49,010 nt of DNA from Ministeria vibrans ATCC 50519 (GCA_943704425.1 CALSCP010002017.1:80285-129294); one strand, 5' to 3'; positions 22,960 through 36,700 are shown, counted from the first letter of the stretch. The notes: generated by a model not told the origin, from the letters alone. Translations and numbers: made by a program.

Positions 22960-23238
22960 CTAATTTAACCCACTCGTGAAACCCGACAGGAGTTGTCTCA
23001 AATTCGTCTCAAACTCCCAGAGAATGGCCAAGTCGCGAGAAATTGCCTGATCACTCTGATCACGCAAGCGCAGCGCATCTGCAATACACCGAGCGTACTC
23101 TGTGACGAGGCCCTCTTGAGTGCGCGGAAACAATACAGTCATATCATATAGCTGTTGCTGTCGTGATCGGTAGTGTCAGCGAAGACGGCTTACGAAGCAG
23201 CCGGCGTCTGTGACCATCGACGGCCACAACGCACTCAT
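22960..23238 (-). CDS. Small hypothetical protein (~80 aa, two exons)
   Basis: MSALWPSMVTDAGCF, then a gtaagc..ctgac..cag intron, then QQLYDMTVLFPRTQEGLVTEYARCIADALRLRD...GLN*. The short intron is canonical and in frame, and the model fills the space between IDI1 and ITPA. Confidence 0.45.
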
Positions 23239-23306
23239 CAACCCTTCTTTAGATACAAAGAAACACCCCAATCAAACATAATATAGTATAATATAGGTTT
23301 TCATTT

Positions 23307-24470
<1,164 letters not shown>

Positions 24471-24839
24471 GATGTTAACAAGGTATTAACGTGTCGGACA
24501 GCTTGGGCGGAAATTCTATGAAAATGACTGACTTTTTGTGATCGGAGTCATCGGACAGATCGGGCGGGCCTGTTCTCCAAGACTGCGCCGCTGCAAACGT
24601 CTTTTCTTCTTGAAATGTCCCCCTCCAGCCGAGAAGGCGCGTCGTCGCTGATCGCATTTCGCACGCACTGATCGAGCGCGCTTTTCATTGGCTGCCCACC
24701 AACATCATGAGTCATCATCTGATCCGACCAGCACACTTTTCTCTCTCTCGTCGTCCTCTACTCCGAGCGTCGCCGCCACCACTTTGAGTTCATCGTTGCG
24801 AGTCACATCGACCCACACAGACCACGCCAACAGACCGCC

Positions 24840-24944
24840 ATGCAGACTCTTTTCCAGTCGTTGCCTCATCCCACTGAGCTCTTTGCGCTTCTCAAGTTTA
24901 AGCTGGGCAACGGCACGCTTCCCGGCCCACTCACCGACGAAGAG
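24840..24944 (+). CDS. FDFT1: First exon of a probable squalene synthase (rest lost in the gap at 25076-25085)
   Basis: MQTLFQSLPHPTELFALLKFKLGNGTLPGPLTDEE followed by donor gtacac. It matches the recalled N-terminus of squalene synthases (HPxE...L..FK/R.G). Only 35 codons are visible and they are not in the ORF track. Confidence 0.6.
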
Positions 24945-25220
24945 GTACACCCATGTCTATGCTACGTGTCATCGGCCACCTTCCGCCCTCCATAGCGATC
25001 GTCTTCCTCTTGAAATTCACCAACGCGTGTTCTGTAACTCTCTGAGTACTCACTCACTTTCTCACCCACTCACACNNNNNNNNNNCCCCCCCTCCCCACT
25101 ATCTCTCTCGCTTACTTTGATACTTTATATCACTTACTCTCTCTCTCTCTCTCAAAAACACACTTTCTCTCAATCTCTCTCTCTATCTCTCTCTCGCTCT
25201 CTCTCAACATAGGTACGTAC

Positions 25221-27645
25221 TCTGAGTCACTGTTGGACGAACTAGCATTGCTATCAAACTCCTCAGCGACATCGCTAGCCTCACCTCCCTGGAAGGACTC
25301 GTCGTCTGTGTGCACAAATCAAAAGCAACGTAGATGCAAAGAGAAGCGTTAAGCACATAAACACACGAAGCATACAAAACACACGCACAATACACAAACA
25401 TGGGAGCTCTCACTCACACTCTCTCATGCACACACACAAACATTGCCCACACACCACACACTACTCAACTATGATACCAGAGTCATCATCATCATCCGCA
25501 ACACCCGCCTTCATCCGCAAATACGGATCCTGTATGCCCTCGTCGTCATCACTCTCGTCACCGTCAGACAGCAGCTGTTCCGCTTGCTTCGTCTCCTTCT
25601 CGTTCAAAAGAGTGATGTTCTTCTTCTTCATGAACGCATGGAGGCTCTTGTACTCATCTCTGTCACACGAAAAAGCACATTTTCCCGTATCAATAGCCAG
25701 AAAGATTGCAAACATATCCCTTTGGATTTTTTTTCTCTCTCACTCCCAAACTCTCGCTCTGAAACTCTCTCTTGGTGAATCTTACATGGGAATGCTCCTG
25801 AATTCGTGTTGATGTCCCGCTTTGGTCGTTACCATCACATCAAACGACTTTGAAGTTCCCTCCAATCGATAGTACTCAACCTATTTCATAGTCGGATTCA
25901 CACACACAGAAGAAGGTGATTTAGGAATTGATGAGGCATTCATCATATATTTTTTTTTTGGAAATTTTTGATGGAGACCTGTTGAATTTCGTCAAAGCGC
26001 AAATAGAGAGTGGGCTTGTGAACAAAGATGAAACCGCGCTCAAGCGGATAGAGATAGCCATCGTTTGACTTGTACGACGACTTGATGGCAGTCCTGTCGT
26101 TTCGACTGCCATAGAGAGAGAGAGAGAGAGGTGGGAGGGAGAGAGAAACAAACGATAGCGAGAGACAGGTGGGAGGGAGAAAGAAACAAAGTGATAGAGA
26201 GAGAGACAAAGTAATAGAGAGAGAGAAACAAAGTGATAGAGAGAGAGAAACAAAGTGATAGAGAGAGAGAACAAAGTGATAGAGAGAGAAGAAAGAACAA
26301 AGCGATATATATATACAGAATCAGGCTTCGAGTGACAGTATATCCTATTGTGTTACCTTTTGAAGTCCTTTGGAATGGTAATCTTCTTGTTTGTAGTGGC
26401 GCGGAAGATAGCGCTGATGAGCTCGTAGGTAGTGCCGTTCATCTTGCGTTCGAGCTTGGGAAACTTCTCTTTGATGAGGTTCTCGTCGAGATTAAGCTCA
26501 ATGTCAATCTCGTCGTCGTTCTCAAACTGCAGCACAAGGTTGGGATAGAGCGTCTGGCCCTGGCGGATAGGCGGCTCGAGCGACACGACAAAAAGGACAT
26601 GGCGGCCGTCGGGCTTGGGGAGCATGAAGAGCCGTTGGACGTGCGCAAACAAAATGCGATAGTCGTGTGTCTTGCCGTGCAGACGGAAACCATCGTCAAA
26701 GATCTCCAGGGTGTTGCGTGCACGGGGCAGGATGAAGTTAACCTCGGGGAAGGTTGCAATCGCCTCGCGACCCGGCGCAATTGCTATGTCAGCCTTGGCC
26801 ATGATGCTGCTGTAAAACTCTTCGGCGGCCGTCTGGCTTGGGGTTTCGTCTGCCAATAAAAAGAACACATACACACACACGCGCACAAAACGATGAATTC
26901 AAATACGCAGCGTTCTCACACAAACCAATGTTCGTACCGCCTTCGGCAACGGGCTGTTCAGGCACCACAAAGCGAATGTCAATGAGAGACTCGGCCTGAC
27001 GCGGCAACGAGTCGTCTTGGCGCAACTCAATGCCCACCTCGGTCTTGTTGACCTGCGTCGCTTGAGACACCTCCGAGAGGGGAATGGAGAAGATGGTGCC
27101 GCCGTCGGGCGAGACAAACTTCATGGTGTTCTCCTGGAACGTGGGCGTGCCCCAAGAGTGTCCCTTGACATCCAGGTCGATATCGCCCACCTCTCGTGCG
27201 TAGTGATCTTTGACAAAGGACCGCAACGACGCACGGTCCGACGGCCGGAAGCCACACAGACGCACTTGAGCGCCCGTCTTCATCTCAATGCGAAGCTCAT
27301 AGTCACGAATACTGCGCACAAAGTTGAGCGACTTGATCTCTGCATTCGGCACCGCCGACACCTGGAAGCGGACAGAAATCAGCAAAGCGGACAGAAATCA
27401 GCAAAGCGGACAGAAATCAGCGTTGGTGAAACGACACAAAAAATACATTCGTTTCCAATCGTTCTCTCTCTCGCTCTCTCTACCTCTTTCCTCACACACA
27501 CACACACACTCCCTCTCTCTCCCTCTTTCTTTCTCTGGCTTGCGTCTCTTCCTATCACGCCCTTGCTCACCCACCCTCGTACCTTGGCCGTTTCGGCGTT
27601 CTTCCAGGCGAGCCCATCGCTCTTGAGCTTGAGCGATCCCACCGA
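25221..27645 (-). CDS. SSRP1: FACT complex subunit SSRP1/Pob3 (start not resolved, 3' end in gap)
   Basis: GSLKLKSDGLAWKN, VKGHSWG, LIDIRF, FILPR..FRLHGKTHDYRI, LEPPIRQGQTLYP, IKSSYKSNDGYLYPLERGFIFVHKP, FRSIP..EYKSL, acidic DDESF. Confidence 0.95.
27366..27421. repeat. 19-bp tandem repeat x3 next to an SSRP1 splice acceptor
   Basis: aagcggacagaaatcagca x3. The sense-strand unit is gctgatttctgtccgcttt (a branch-like CTGAT plus pyrimidines). Confidence 0.9.
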
Positions 27646-27780
27646 CTACAGCGGGAAACAACGGTGTGAGCACGCGCAGCCGGGACAGAGACACCGCCAA
27701 AGCACACCCACAACACCGGAGAGGGTCGCCTCCGACGACGTATCAGCCGGTAGCTTCCGCCACAAGTGGAGACAAAGGAG

Positions 27781-27813
<33 letters not shown>

Positions 27814-28421
27814 GGTTGCAAGACTGAGCAGTGGAACGTGTGGCAAGGCACGATCGCTCTCTGGGCGATACCTTTCTTGTTATGTGACTGAGAAAAAATG
27901 TGTTGACTAATTTTTAGGACTGATCATTTGACTAATGAGTTGCGGCAAGTCATTTGGCTCGCGATGAATATAGCTCCTCCATTTCATGCTGTGTCAGCTG
28001 TAAGTGAGCCATTCAACTTTAATGGAGAGATTGAGGATCAACTCATCTACCACATTATTCAGGTGACAGTTGAGAGTTTAGGACTGTGATTAAACTGATC
28101 GGATCTCCATTGGCTCGGGCAAGTTCTGAGTCCTCACCGAGTCCTCCCAACGAACACCACGCACCCTGCCAAAGCAACCAACGGCCCGTGTCCAGCCAGC
28201 CCACCCTGCCCCGCCATGCCCCGCCAGCGTCCGATCCACGCCCCTATTCATGTTTTTGACGTCACCCCCCACCGCCCCCGATTGCCCGATTGCGCTCCTT
28301 CCCCGCCACAAATTCTTTTCTTCTTTGCGTCATTGTCTACTGTGGACTCCCAAGATAGTCCATTGGAGCAGAGACGACCCTTTGCGACGACCCCTTCTCT
28401 TTTATCGCGTGAAGTACTAAA

Positions 28422-29240
28422 ATGGTGTTGGTGAAGCCGTTGGACGATCCCCGTCTCAAATCCGGACTGCCCAAGACCTGGAAGGTACCCGCCGTACCCT
28501 GCCTGCACAACCCCCCTCCCCCCCGCGCGCCCACGCACAGTCTCTGGTCCAATCTTCGTATTTAATATACTTTGCCAGTTCGATTTGGTATTTCCGACGA
28601 CTTTCCGTCCTTCCCTGCCCCCCTGCTCTGTCGTGTCCAGCCTCCTATGCGTCATTTTCATCCTTTCTCGTGCCCCTCTCCTTTGCCAAGCCTTTGGGTT
28701 TCCTATTTTTTTTTTAAAAAAGTTTTTTTTTCCTTTAGGTTGTCAAAAAAGTGCCCAAGAAACTCAAATCGGTAAGGCTCTACGGCCGTTTCAAGCGCAC
28801 AGCTGGCGATTCACTTGTCACGCGTACCCGTGGAGCGCGAGATCGTGTCCATTTCGGGTGTTGGAAGCCAGAAATATCGAATTGTTGCGTCACACACAAA
28901 ATGATTACCCTTTGCGCACTCACGTCCATTTCTGTCGTTTGCATAGCCCGAAACACAGCCCAAGGACAAGGCGCGCAAAGCTGCTGAGAGGCCTGGAGCA
29001 TCGTCAGCTGAGGTATGCGAAGGGAGACAGACAGGCAGACTGAGAGGGACAGACAGACGAAGAGAGAGAGAGAGTGTGTGTTTATGTTTGTGTGTGTGAA
29101 TGTTTGAACAGTGAATGTTTGAAAATGTTTGTGTCTGCTTAAAGTTTGTGTCTTCTTTGCTGTACACAGGCGGATTTGGCTGCAGAAGACGGCGATCATG
29201 AGTACGAGAACGAATTCTTCCTCATCACCACACTTGAGAC
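28422..29240 (+). CDS. 5' exons of a hypothetical protein (rest in the gap at ~29248)
   Basis: Four short exons with canonical GT-AG sites join in frame: MVLVKPLDDPRLKSGLPKTWK|VVKKVPKKLKS|PETQPKDKARKAAERPGASSAE|ADLAAEDGDHEYENEFFLITTLE. No family recognised. Confidence 0.5.
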
Positions 29241-29314
29241 GTGGGCTNNNNNNNNAAGGAAAAAAAAAAAAAAAAAACGCAAAAAGCGCGCGAAACAGAG
29301 AAGTCCACTCTTAC

Positions 29315-29446
29315 CAAATGTGAGAATTTGGAGAAGAGAAATATTTTTTCGTAGGTCATGACTGCTCCTTCAGAAGCAGCAACTGGCGGAGGCGCAGAGG
29401 CCGCGGCAGAGGCCGAGGCAGGGGCCGAAGTGGAAGCGGCAGACAT
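29315..29446 (-). CDS. First exon of a hypothetical protein (rest in gap)
   Basis: MSAASTSAPASASAAASAPPPVAASEGAVMTYEKIFLFSKFSHL followed by donor gtaaga; divergent from the ALDH gene. Confidence 0.45.
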
Positions 29447-29585
29447 AACAAAAGACTAATTAATGTGAGTAAACTTTTAGGTTTCAATTTTCAACTATTA
29501 CACTGTGCGCTGATCTTCATTCGCTTGGCCCGATCATTTTGTTTCTTTCTTTGTCACGCTTCACCCAACCTGACACCAGACCACT

Positions 29586-32204
29586 ATGATTCCCACTCAG
29601 CTCGTCCCGAAATGGATTGAGACTTCTGATTTTCAGGCGACATTCATTTTATTGGTTGCTCTGACTCCCCTGACAATCCTGACATACCTTGCGATCAAGC
29701 TCCTCGCCTACCTGTTCACTCCCTCGCTCCAGCGCTTCACAATCAAGGTTGCCCCGCCCAAAGGTACTCTGTGACGCTCAAGCGGCGCTCCGTTTGACCC
29801 CCGTTCGTTTGCAGAGATCAGTGCGACATGGAAGGGCCAAGTGCTCGACACGCTCCAGCTTGCCGACTCGCCCCACGCCACGACAATCCAGAACTTCGAC
29901 CCGTGTACCGGCGAGCTCTTCTCCACCGTGCCGGTCACGTCGCCCGAGGAGGTCCAGCAGGCCGTTGCTCGCGCGCGTGTTGCCCAGGCTGACTGGGCGA
30001 AAACGTCCTTTCTTCAGCGTCGCCAACTCCTCGCTGCGCTGCTCGACTACGTTCTGCGCAACCAGGAAAACATCTGCCGCGTGGCCAGTCGTGACTCGGG
30101 AAAGACGCGTAAGACATCAAAGATGCAAACCAATCGAAAACAACACACACACACACTCAATTCTTCTGCGCAGTCGTCGACGGCGGCTTTGGTGAGGTGC
30201 TCACCACCTGTGAGAAGTTGCGTTGGACCATGGAACACGGTGAGAAGGCACTGGCGACCGAGTATCGCGATGTAGGCATGGTGACAATGCACAAGCGAGC
30301 ACGAGTTGAGTACGTGCCGCTCGGCGTGGTGGCCGCCATCATCCCGTGGAACTATCCGTTCCACAACATGTGGGGACAGATCATCTCGGCGCTGTTTGCC
30401 GGCAACGGCATTGTCATCAAGGTGTCCGAGTACGTTGCTTGGTCCAGCAAGTACTACGTCGAGATTGTCCACGACGCTCTGCGTCAGATGGGCTTCTCTC
30501 CGGACCTGGTTGCCGTGGTCAATGGCTTTGGCGCAACTGGAAACGCCCTTGTGCTCTCGGGCGTTGACAAGGTAAGCAAACGACTAAGAGGATAGGCTTC
30601 TATCACTTTTGTTTTCTTTCTTCCCCACTTTTTTTCTTTCTTCTCTGTCTTTATGGCGTTGTTTCTTTTTTTTTTCTCCTTTCTCTTCATTTTTTTCTTC
30701 TCTCTCGATCTACCACTTTGTTTCTTTCTCGCTCTTATCACTTTCTCTGCCTCTTTCTCTCTGTCTTTTTCTTTCTTTTACTTTCTTTCTTTTACTTTTT
30801 TTTCTTTTCCTCACTCTCTATTTGTTCTTTCCTTCTTCCTCTCTATCACTTTGTTTCTTTCCCTCTCCTTTCTCTCTCTCTATCACTTTGTTTCTTTCAC
30901 TCTCCTTTCACTTTGTTTCTTTCATCACTTTGTTTCTTTCACTCTCGTTTCTCTCTGTCTCTATCACTTTGTTTCTTTCACTCTCCTTTCTCTCTGTCTC
31001 TATCACTTTTCTTTCACTTTCCTTTCTCTCTTTTTCTCTCTCGTACATGTATGAGTTTCTCATTGACGTTGTTTTCTCAGATCACGTTTATTGGCTCTCC
31101 GGGCGTTGGCAAACTGGTAATGAAGGCGGCGGCTGAGAAGCTGACGCCGGTGATTCTGGAGCTGGGAGGCAAGGACGCCGCTGTAGTGTGCGAGGACTGT
31201 GACTTTGATCAGGTGGTGAACTTGGCACTGCGAGGCACGTATCAGAACTGCGGACAGAACTGCATTGGCCTTGAGCGGGTGGTCGTGGCCGCGAGTATCT
31301 ATGATCGGTTTGTAGAGACGGTTGCGGCCAAGGCTCGCGCACTCACGCAAGGCTGTCCATTGGGTGCTGTGTCGGCCGACTGCGGTGCCATGACCATGGT
31401 GGCGTCGCTCGACAAGATCCAGGCGCTTATTGACGATGCAGTGGCCAAGGGGGCGCGTGTGCTGGCGGGCGGCTCGGCCAACCGCACGGCGGGCAAGGGG
31501 GCCTTCTTCACGCCCACCGTGCTGGCCGATGTCACGCCCGACATGGAGATTGCAAACGAAGAGGTGTTTGGGCCCGTCATGTCCATCCTGCGGTCCACCA
31601 GCGACGACCACGCCATCGAGCTGGTCAATGGCGCCGGCTATGGGCTTGGCGGCAGTGTTTTCTCGCTTGACACGCGTCGTGCCGAACGCATTGCTCAGCG
31701 ACTACAGACGGGCATGTGCAACATTAACGACTTTGGCATCAACTATCTCTGCCAGTCTCTTCCCTTTGGTGGTGTCAAGGTCAGCAACCAAAAAAAAAGA
31801 AAAAAAAAGTGACACTCTGCAAGTTTGACAATCTCTCACACCCCTGTGTTTGTCTTTCCCCTAACCCTTTCCAGATTTCTGGTTTTGATCGGTTTGCGGG
31901 AATTGAGGGACTCCGTGGAATGTGCGTCCCGCGGGCCATCACGTCAGATCGATTCCCGGGTGTCCGCACTAACATCCCAGGGCCTCTCCTGTACCCAATG
32001 GACGTACGAACGAACAAAAAACACTGCGTGTCTCACTCACTCCGCACTCGAACCCCCGCTTTCTCATTTTAACAGGACAACAGTTTCCGATTTTGCGCGG
32101 AACTCATCAACTTTATGTACGCACCAATGGCTCGCCGTGTCGCGGCGGCCGGCCAGCTGGCCCTGCTCTCCCTCAAGAAGAAAGCACCAGTGCTCAAAGA
32201 ATGA
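29586..32204 (+). CDS. Membrane-anchored aldehyde dehydrogenase, ALDH22A1/MSC7-like (multi-exon)
   Basis: N-terminal TM; FDPCTGE, GEVLTTCEK, PLGVVAAIIPWNYPFHN, KVSE, FIGSPGVG, LELGGKD, catalytic QNCGQNCIG, EEVFGP, CQSLPFGGVK|.SGFDRFAG.EGLR. Confidence 0.9.
30597..31040. repeat. Intronic pyrimidine-rich minisatellite containing CTATCACTTTGTTT units
   Basis: Several ctctatcactttgtttctt copies inside the ALDH intron. Confidence 0.85.
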
Positions 32205-32292
32205 AAGAAAAGGATATCTTGAGTATAATTATGATAGCTGAGAGTCATAAGATCGTTCCTTTGTATTGTTCACTGTGTTGCTGTACTTTCTG

Positions 32293-35200
32293 CTACTGAG
32301 GCTGGCACAGCTCGCGCAGCTCCAAGAGCGACTTTGTGATGAGATTGCTCAGGTTTTCGGCGCTCGTCTTGACGCGGGAATTGGCTTTTGCGCTCACGTG
32401 CCAGAAGAGAACATTCTCACCAGCAAGCATGTACGAGACGCCATAGCCATCGTCGGCGACGGGCCCAAAGCCACCGCCAGGCGAGAGGTACGCCTGGTGC
32501 TCCTCGGTGCGCATGTCCCAGAGCTTGCTTGCTTGGCCCTGTGGCTGCTGACTTGTCGATAGACGCCACAGCGACGAGCCCAGCGCCTCATTGAGAAACG
32601 CCGACTGCACCGACTTGCCCTTGCTCACCACGTACAGCGCAAACAGATGTCGGTCCACGCCACCACCTGTCATGGCCAACCGGTACAGCTCCTGGTGCGC
32701 ATCTGCCGCTTTGTTCATCAACGCGAGACGCTGCTCGCGTGTTGCTGAGGGATCCCGCATGGCCTACAACATAGTGTGTTAGAGAACAAAGTGATAGAGC
32801 GACAGAGAGAGAAAGAGGTGAAACAAAGTAACAGAGCGAGAGAGAGAAAGAACAGAGTAAGAAACAAAGAGAGAGAGACGAAGAGAGAGAGAAGAGAGAG
32901 AAGAGAATAAAAAGAGAGACAGAGAAATAAAAGAAAAAGAACAGGAGTGAATAGTACCTCGACAAAGGCAACACTTTCGGCCGTGACGGACCGGACTGTC
33001 TCGGTGCGGCCACCGCGGAAGAGACGCGTCATGGATGACTCATAGGTGAGGTCAAACTTGCCCACGTCCTCACGGTAGGCCATCTGCAGCGCAAGCTGAA
33101 AAAAGGCATCGGGCGACACCTTGCAACGCTTGATGGTGCCCTTACCAAACTCACGGAAGGTTGTCACCTGCAGCTGCAGCGACCCAATAAGCGCCGCCGC
33201 ACTCGAGACTGCCTCGTCCATCACCTCGCCAATCTCCTCGCCATCCAGCTCCCACTCGAGCAGCGATGGTGTCTTGAGCTTGTGCTGCGACTGTTTTGCC
33301 GACGGTGGGCGCAAGTTGCACCCGTTTTCTGCGTAGCCCGTGTTCCGCTCATGTCCCGTCACAATCCTTAAAAAAAAAAAAAAAAAAACAAAAAAAAAAA
33401 AAAAAAAAAAACAAAGAAAAAAAAAACAGATATAATAGGTGTATGAGAAGGCGATGAAAGTGATTGTCTGTGTGCGTACTCCATGACATGTCCAATGACA
33501 GGGGCATCGGCCCACGAGTGTTCGACGTTGATAGCATAGCGGCCATTCTCAAAGACGATGAGCGAGAAGCTCTTGTCGAGCCAAACGAGTTGGCCGTCGA
33601 GGCCATGGAAGGCGCGATTGGCACGGGCGGTGTCACCCTCGGGAGCCATGTCGTCGAGGACAAGGAAGCACATGGCAGTGTCGATGCGTGAGAGCGACGA
33701 CTGGTTCTTGCCGCTGCTGAAGAAGCGCAGACGGGCTTCGGCCCAGGCGGTGCGCTTGAGTGCCGTTAGGGCGGGCAAGGCGCGCTCGCGGGCGTCAACG
33801 GTGTCCTTGCGGTTGTTTCCGTCGCGCTTGATCCACTCAAGCTGCGACTCGAGCTCGAGCGTGCTCAGCACAGTGCCATCGCTGTGATACAATTTGAGGA
33901 TGTAGAAGGAGCCGTGGCGCGCGACAATAACGTGACGCGAGACCGACGACGGAAAGTGCTCGAGCGTGTCAATCTCGTGACCTGGAATGCGCGTTGTGTT
34001 GAACATGCGCCCGTACTGCTGCATGCACATGGGCACTGTGTCACGGATCACCATGGGTTCAAGCTGCTCGTGGTCAATAAGACGCCGCGCCTCAAGCAGC
34101 TGCGTGAGCATTTGTGCGGCGCGGGCCGTCTGACGCGGTGTGGGTGTGCCCTTGGCACTGTCGAGCACGTAGTAGTTGCTGTTGATCATGATCGAGTCGC
34201 GTCCGCCCAGGTACACGTACTTCTCCCACCAGTCCGTGACGTAGTTGTCGGCAACCCACGACTTGAGGTAGAGATAGCGTTGCAGTGTGCGACCTTCCTC
34301 TGCCATAAACTGTCGCGACAGTGTCTTCAGCTCCTCGTACTTGGCCGGCTCCACCAGCGGCTTGATCGACGTAAGGTAGCGTTCGCATGTGCGACGAAGC
34401 GACGGTACAGGCAGACGCGGCAGAGTGCCTTGGTGAGCGTACAGCATGGGATGTCGACCACTGGTCAATCGGACCTAATGAAGAGAGACCGACATAGAGA
34501 GAAAGAGAGATAGAGAGAGGAGGGGGAGGAGGAGGAGGAGGAGGAAGAAAGAAACAAAGTGATAGAGAGAGAGGAGAAAGAAACAAAGTGATAGAGAGAG
34601 ATACAAGAAAGAAAAAAACACACAAAGATATATATATATATATAATTATATATATATATAGAGAGAGAGACACCGAGGGAAGAGATCGTGATGAGTGACA
34701 TGCTCCCTTTCTTTGATTTTGGACATGCGTACGAGAACGCCCCAGATAATGGTGGCGAGCGACGGGCGACGAAGTTCATCCCAGAGCCAACCGTGCCAGC
34801 CGAGGAGGATGCGGAGCGAGTAGCGCCGGACGACCGACATGAGGCCATGCAAAAGGACACTACAGCCAAAGGAGAAGACGCCGGCACGCGACGAGCGCGC
34901 CTGAAACAAGCGGTCCAAGCGGAAGGGCTGCTCCCACGACCACAGCCGCTGTGACACCGAACTTGTGACGTTGCTTTGGACGACCATCATTGTCGCGACT
35001 GCGCCGCCCGTCAGCGCAATCTGAAGCGGTGTTGCCGGCCACAGACCCGACACAACACGATTGCGCACCTGTACATTGCAATGCGGACGTTGGCTGTCAG
35101 TACATCAAGTGAAGATAAAGCGATGCGGGTTTCTCTCAGATCGTCCCACAAACGAAGCGAACCTCGAAAGCCTTGCGAATCAGCGCGCGTCGCGTTGAGC

Positions 35201-35379
35201 TCACAGCGTTGTGTATTGAACGGTTGTCCACTTTGATGAGAACGCCATCTCGATCGACCCGCAAGAGGATGCTGGGCTGTGGGTGGACAAGTCATTCACG
35301 TGAAAACGGAGCCTGAGACAAACTCAAACACACACACACACACACGTACTACGGTGGCCGCTGCACGTGCTTCAGCCAT
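32293..35379 (-). CDS. CPT1: Carnitine O-palmitoyltransferase 1 (outer-membrane type, multi-exon)
   Basis: Starts MAEARAA; two TM segments; [33 protein letters not shown], catalytic [68 protein letters not shown]. Confidence 0.92.
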
Positions 35380-35671
35380 CTATAATACGAGGATTTCTGC
35401 TAAACGAGGCTGTTTTTTTTTGGGGGGGGGGAGTGGGGTGATAGTAAGGGCGAAAGATAAACAAAAATAATTATTATTGAATTATGAATAATAATAATAA
35501 TAAATTTATTATTGATTATTGAAATTATTATTGATGAATCAATTTGGTTGAGTTCATTCATTGTATTTCTTTATCTGCTTCACTCCTCCCTGGTTGAACT
35601 CCCTTTGGTTCCCCTACCCTCTTGCCGTTTGGTCCGCCTCACCCTCTTTAACTACAGAACTTATAGAAAAT

Positions 35672-36700
35672 ATGTACGTTTCATCTCAGTACTTGCCTTG
35701 TCGCCACATTGCCGCCATCGCCGTCAGCGTTCATGCGTGCCTCTGATGCTGTCTTTGAGCGGCGCGTTGGACCGGCCCGGTCGCCAAGCAGCGCTCTGTG
35801 ACTTCTGCTTTTCGCTTTTTTCCATCCTCGCACACTGCACTCTCGCCCATCCGCACGGGGCTGGCTGGAGTCTATGCGCGCGGTGTGCCCTGTGGCCCTG
35901 GGAGTGAGCACAAGACCAAGTTCATTGCAGTGTCGTGGAAGGAAGTGCACTCCCCTTTGCCTTCTTTTTTTTTTTTTTTTTTTTTCCTCTCTTTGAAACG
36001 GGTTGTGGAAATGGTCTCACTGCGTCTGTTGCAGGTCAGGATACCCGTATGGACAGCCTTCGGCGGCGCCCAGCCGACCAGGCAACGACAAGATGAAGCA
36101 GACGCAGCGAGAAGTCGATGGTGCGGGCGACACACAATGAGACTTTGTGGCGAGACGGAGACTCTGTCTGACACACACACACTCTCTCTCTCTCTGTAGA
36201 TGTTGTGGATATTATGAAGGACAACGTGGAGAAGGTGCTTGAGCGCGATGCGAAGCTGACAGGTGTGTTGGATGCATACGGATGTGCGTGGTACAGTGTG
36301 GACGAGCCCCGTTCTGTTTGTGTGTTGTAGATATTCAGGACAGGTCGGAGAGCCTGCGCGACGGAGCAGAGCGATTCAAGTCATCATCGCGACGGCTCAA
36401 GCGAAAAGTACGTGTGTTGAAAGTTTCTGTCTGTCTCGCTACCCTCTTTTTTATCGAGTGTGTGTGTGTGTGTGTGCGTGTGTTGATTGGGAGAGAGAAT
36501 GAAAGAACGAGCGTGAGACAGTCAACTGTGAATAACCTTTTCGCGCTGTTTTAGATGTGGTATAAGAACCTGAAGATGCTGGCACTGTTGGGGGTCATTG
36601 TGCTAGGTAGGACGTACTAGTAGGAGAAGGAACGTTGCTGACACTGTGTCTGTTTTTTTTAGTGATCATTCTTGCGATTGTTTTGGCCGTGAAAAAATAA
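35672..36700 (+). CDS. Synaptobrevin/VAMP R-SNARE (short brevin type); start codon probably split AT|G by intron 35674-36034
   Basis: MSGYPYGQPS..KQTQREVD|DVVDIMKDNVEKVLERDAKLT|DIQDRSESLRDGAERF..RRLKRK|MWYKNLKM, then a C-terminal TM. The zero-layer Arg is in VLERD. Confidence 0.9.

Noticed and set aside
24475-25040. Minus-strand ORFs as the SSRP1 C-terminal HMG exon
   Set aside because: No HMG-box or acidic/basic features; the plus strand has a better-supported first exon.
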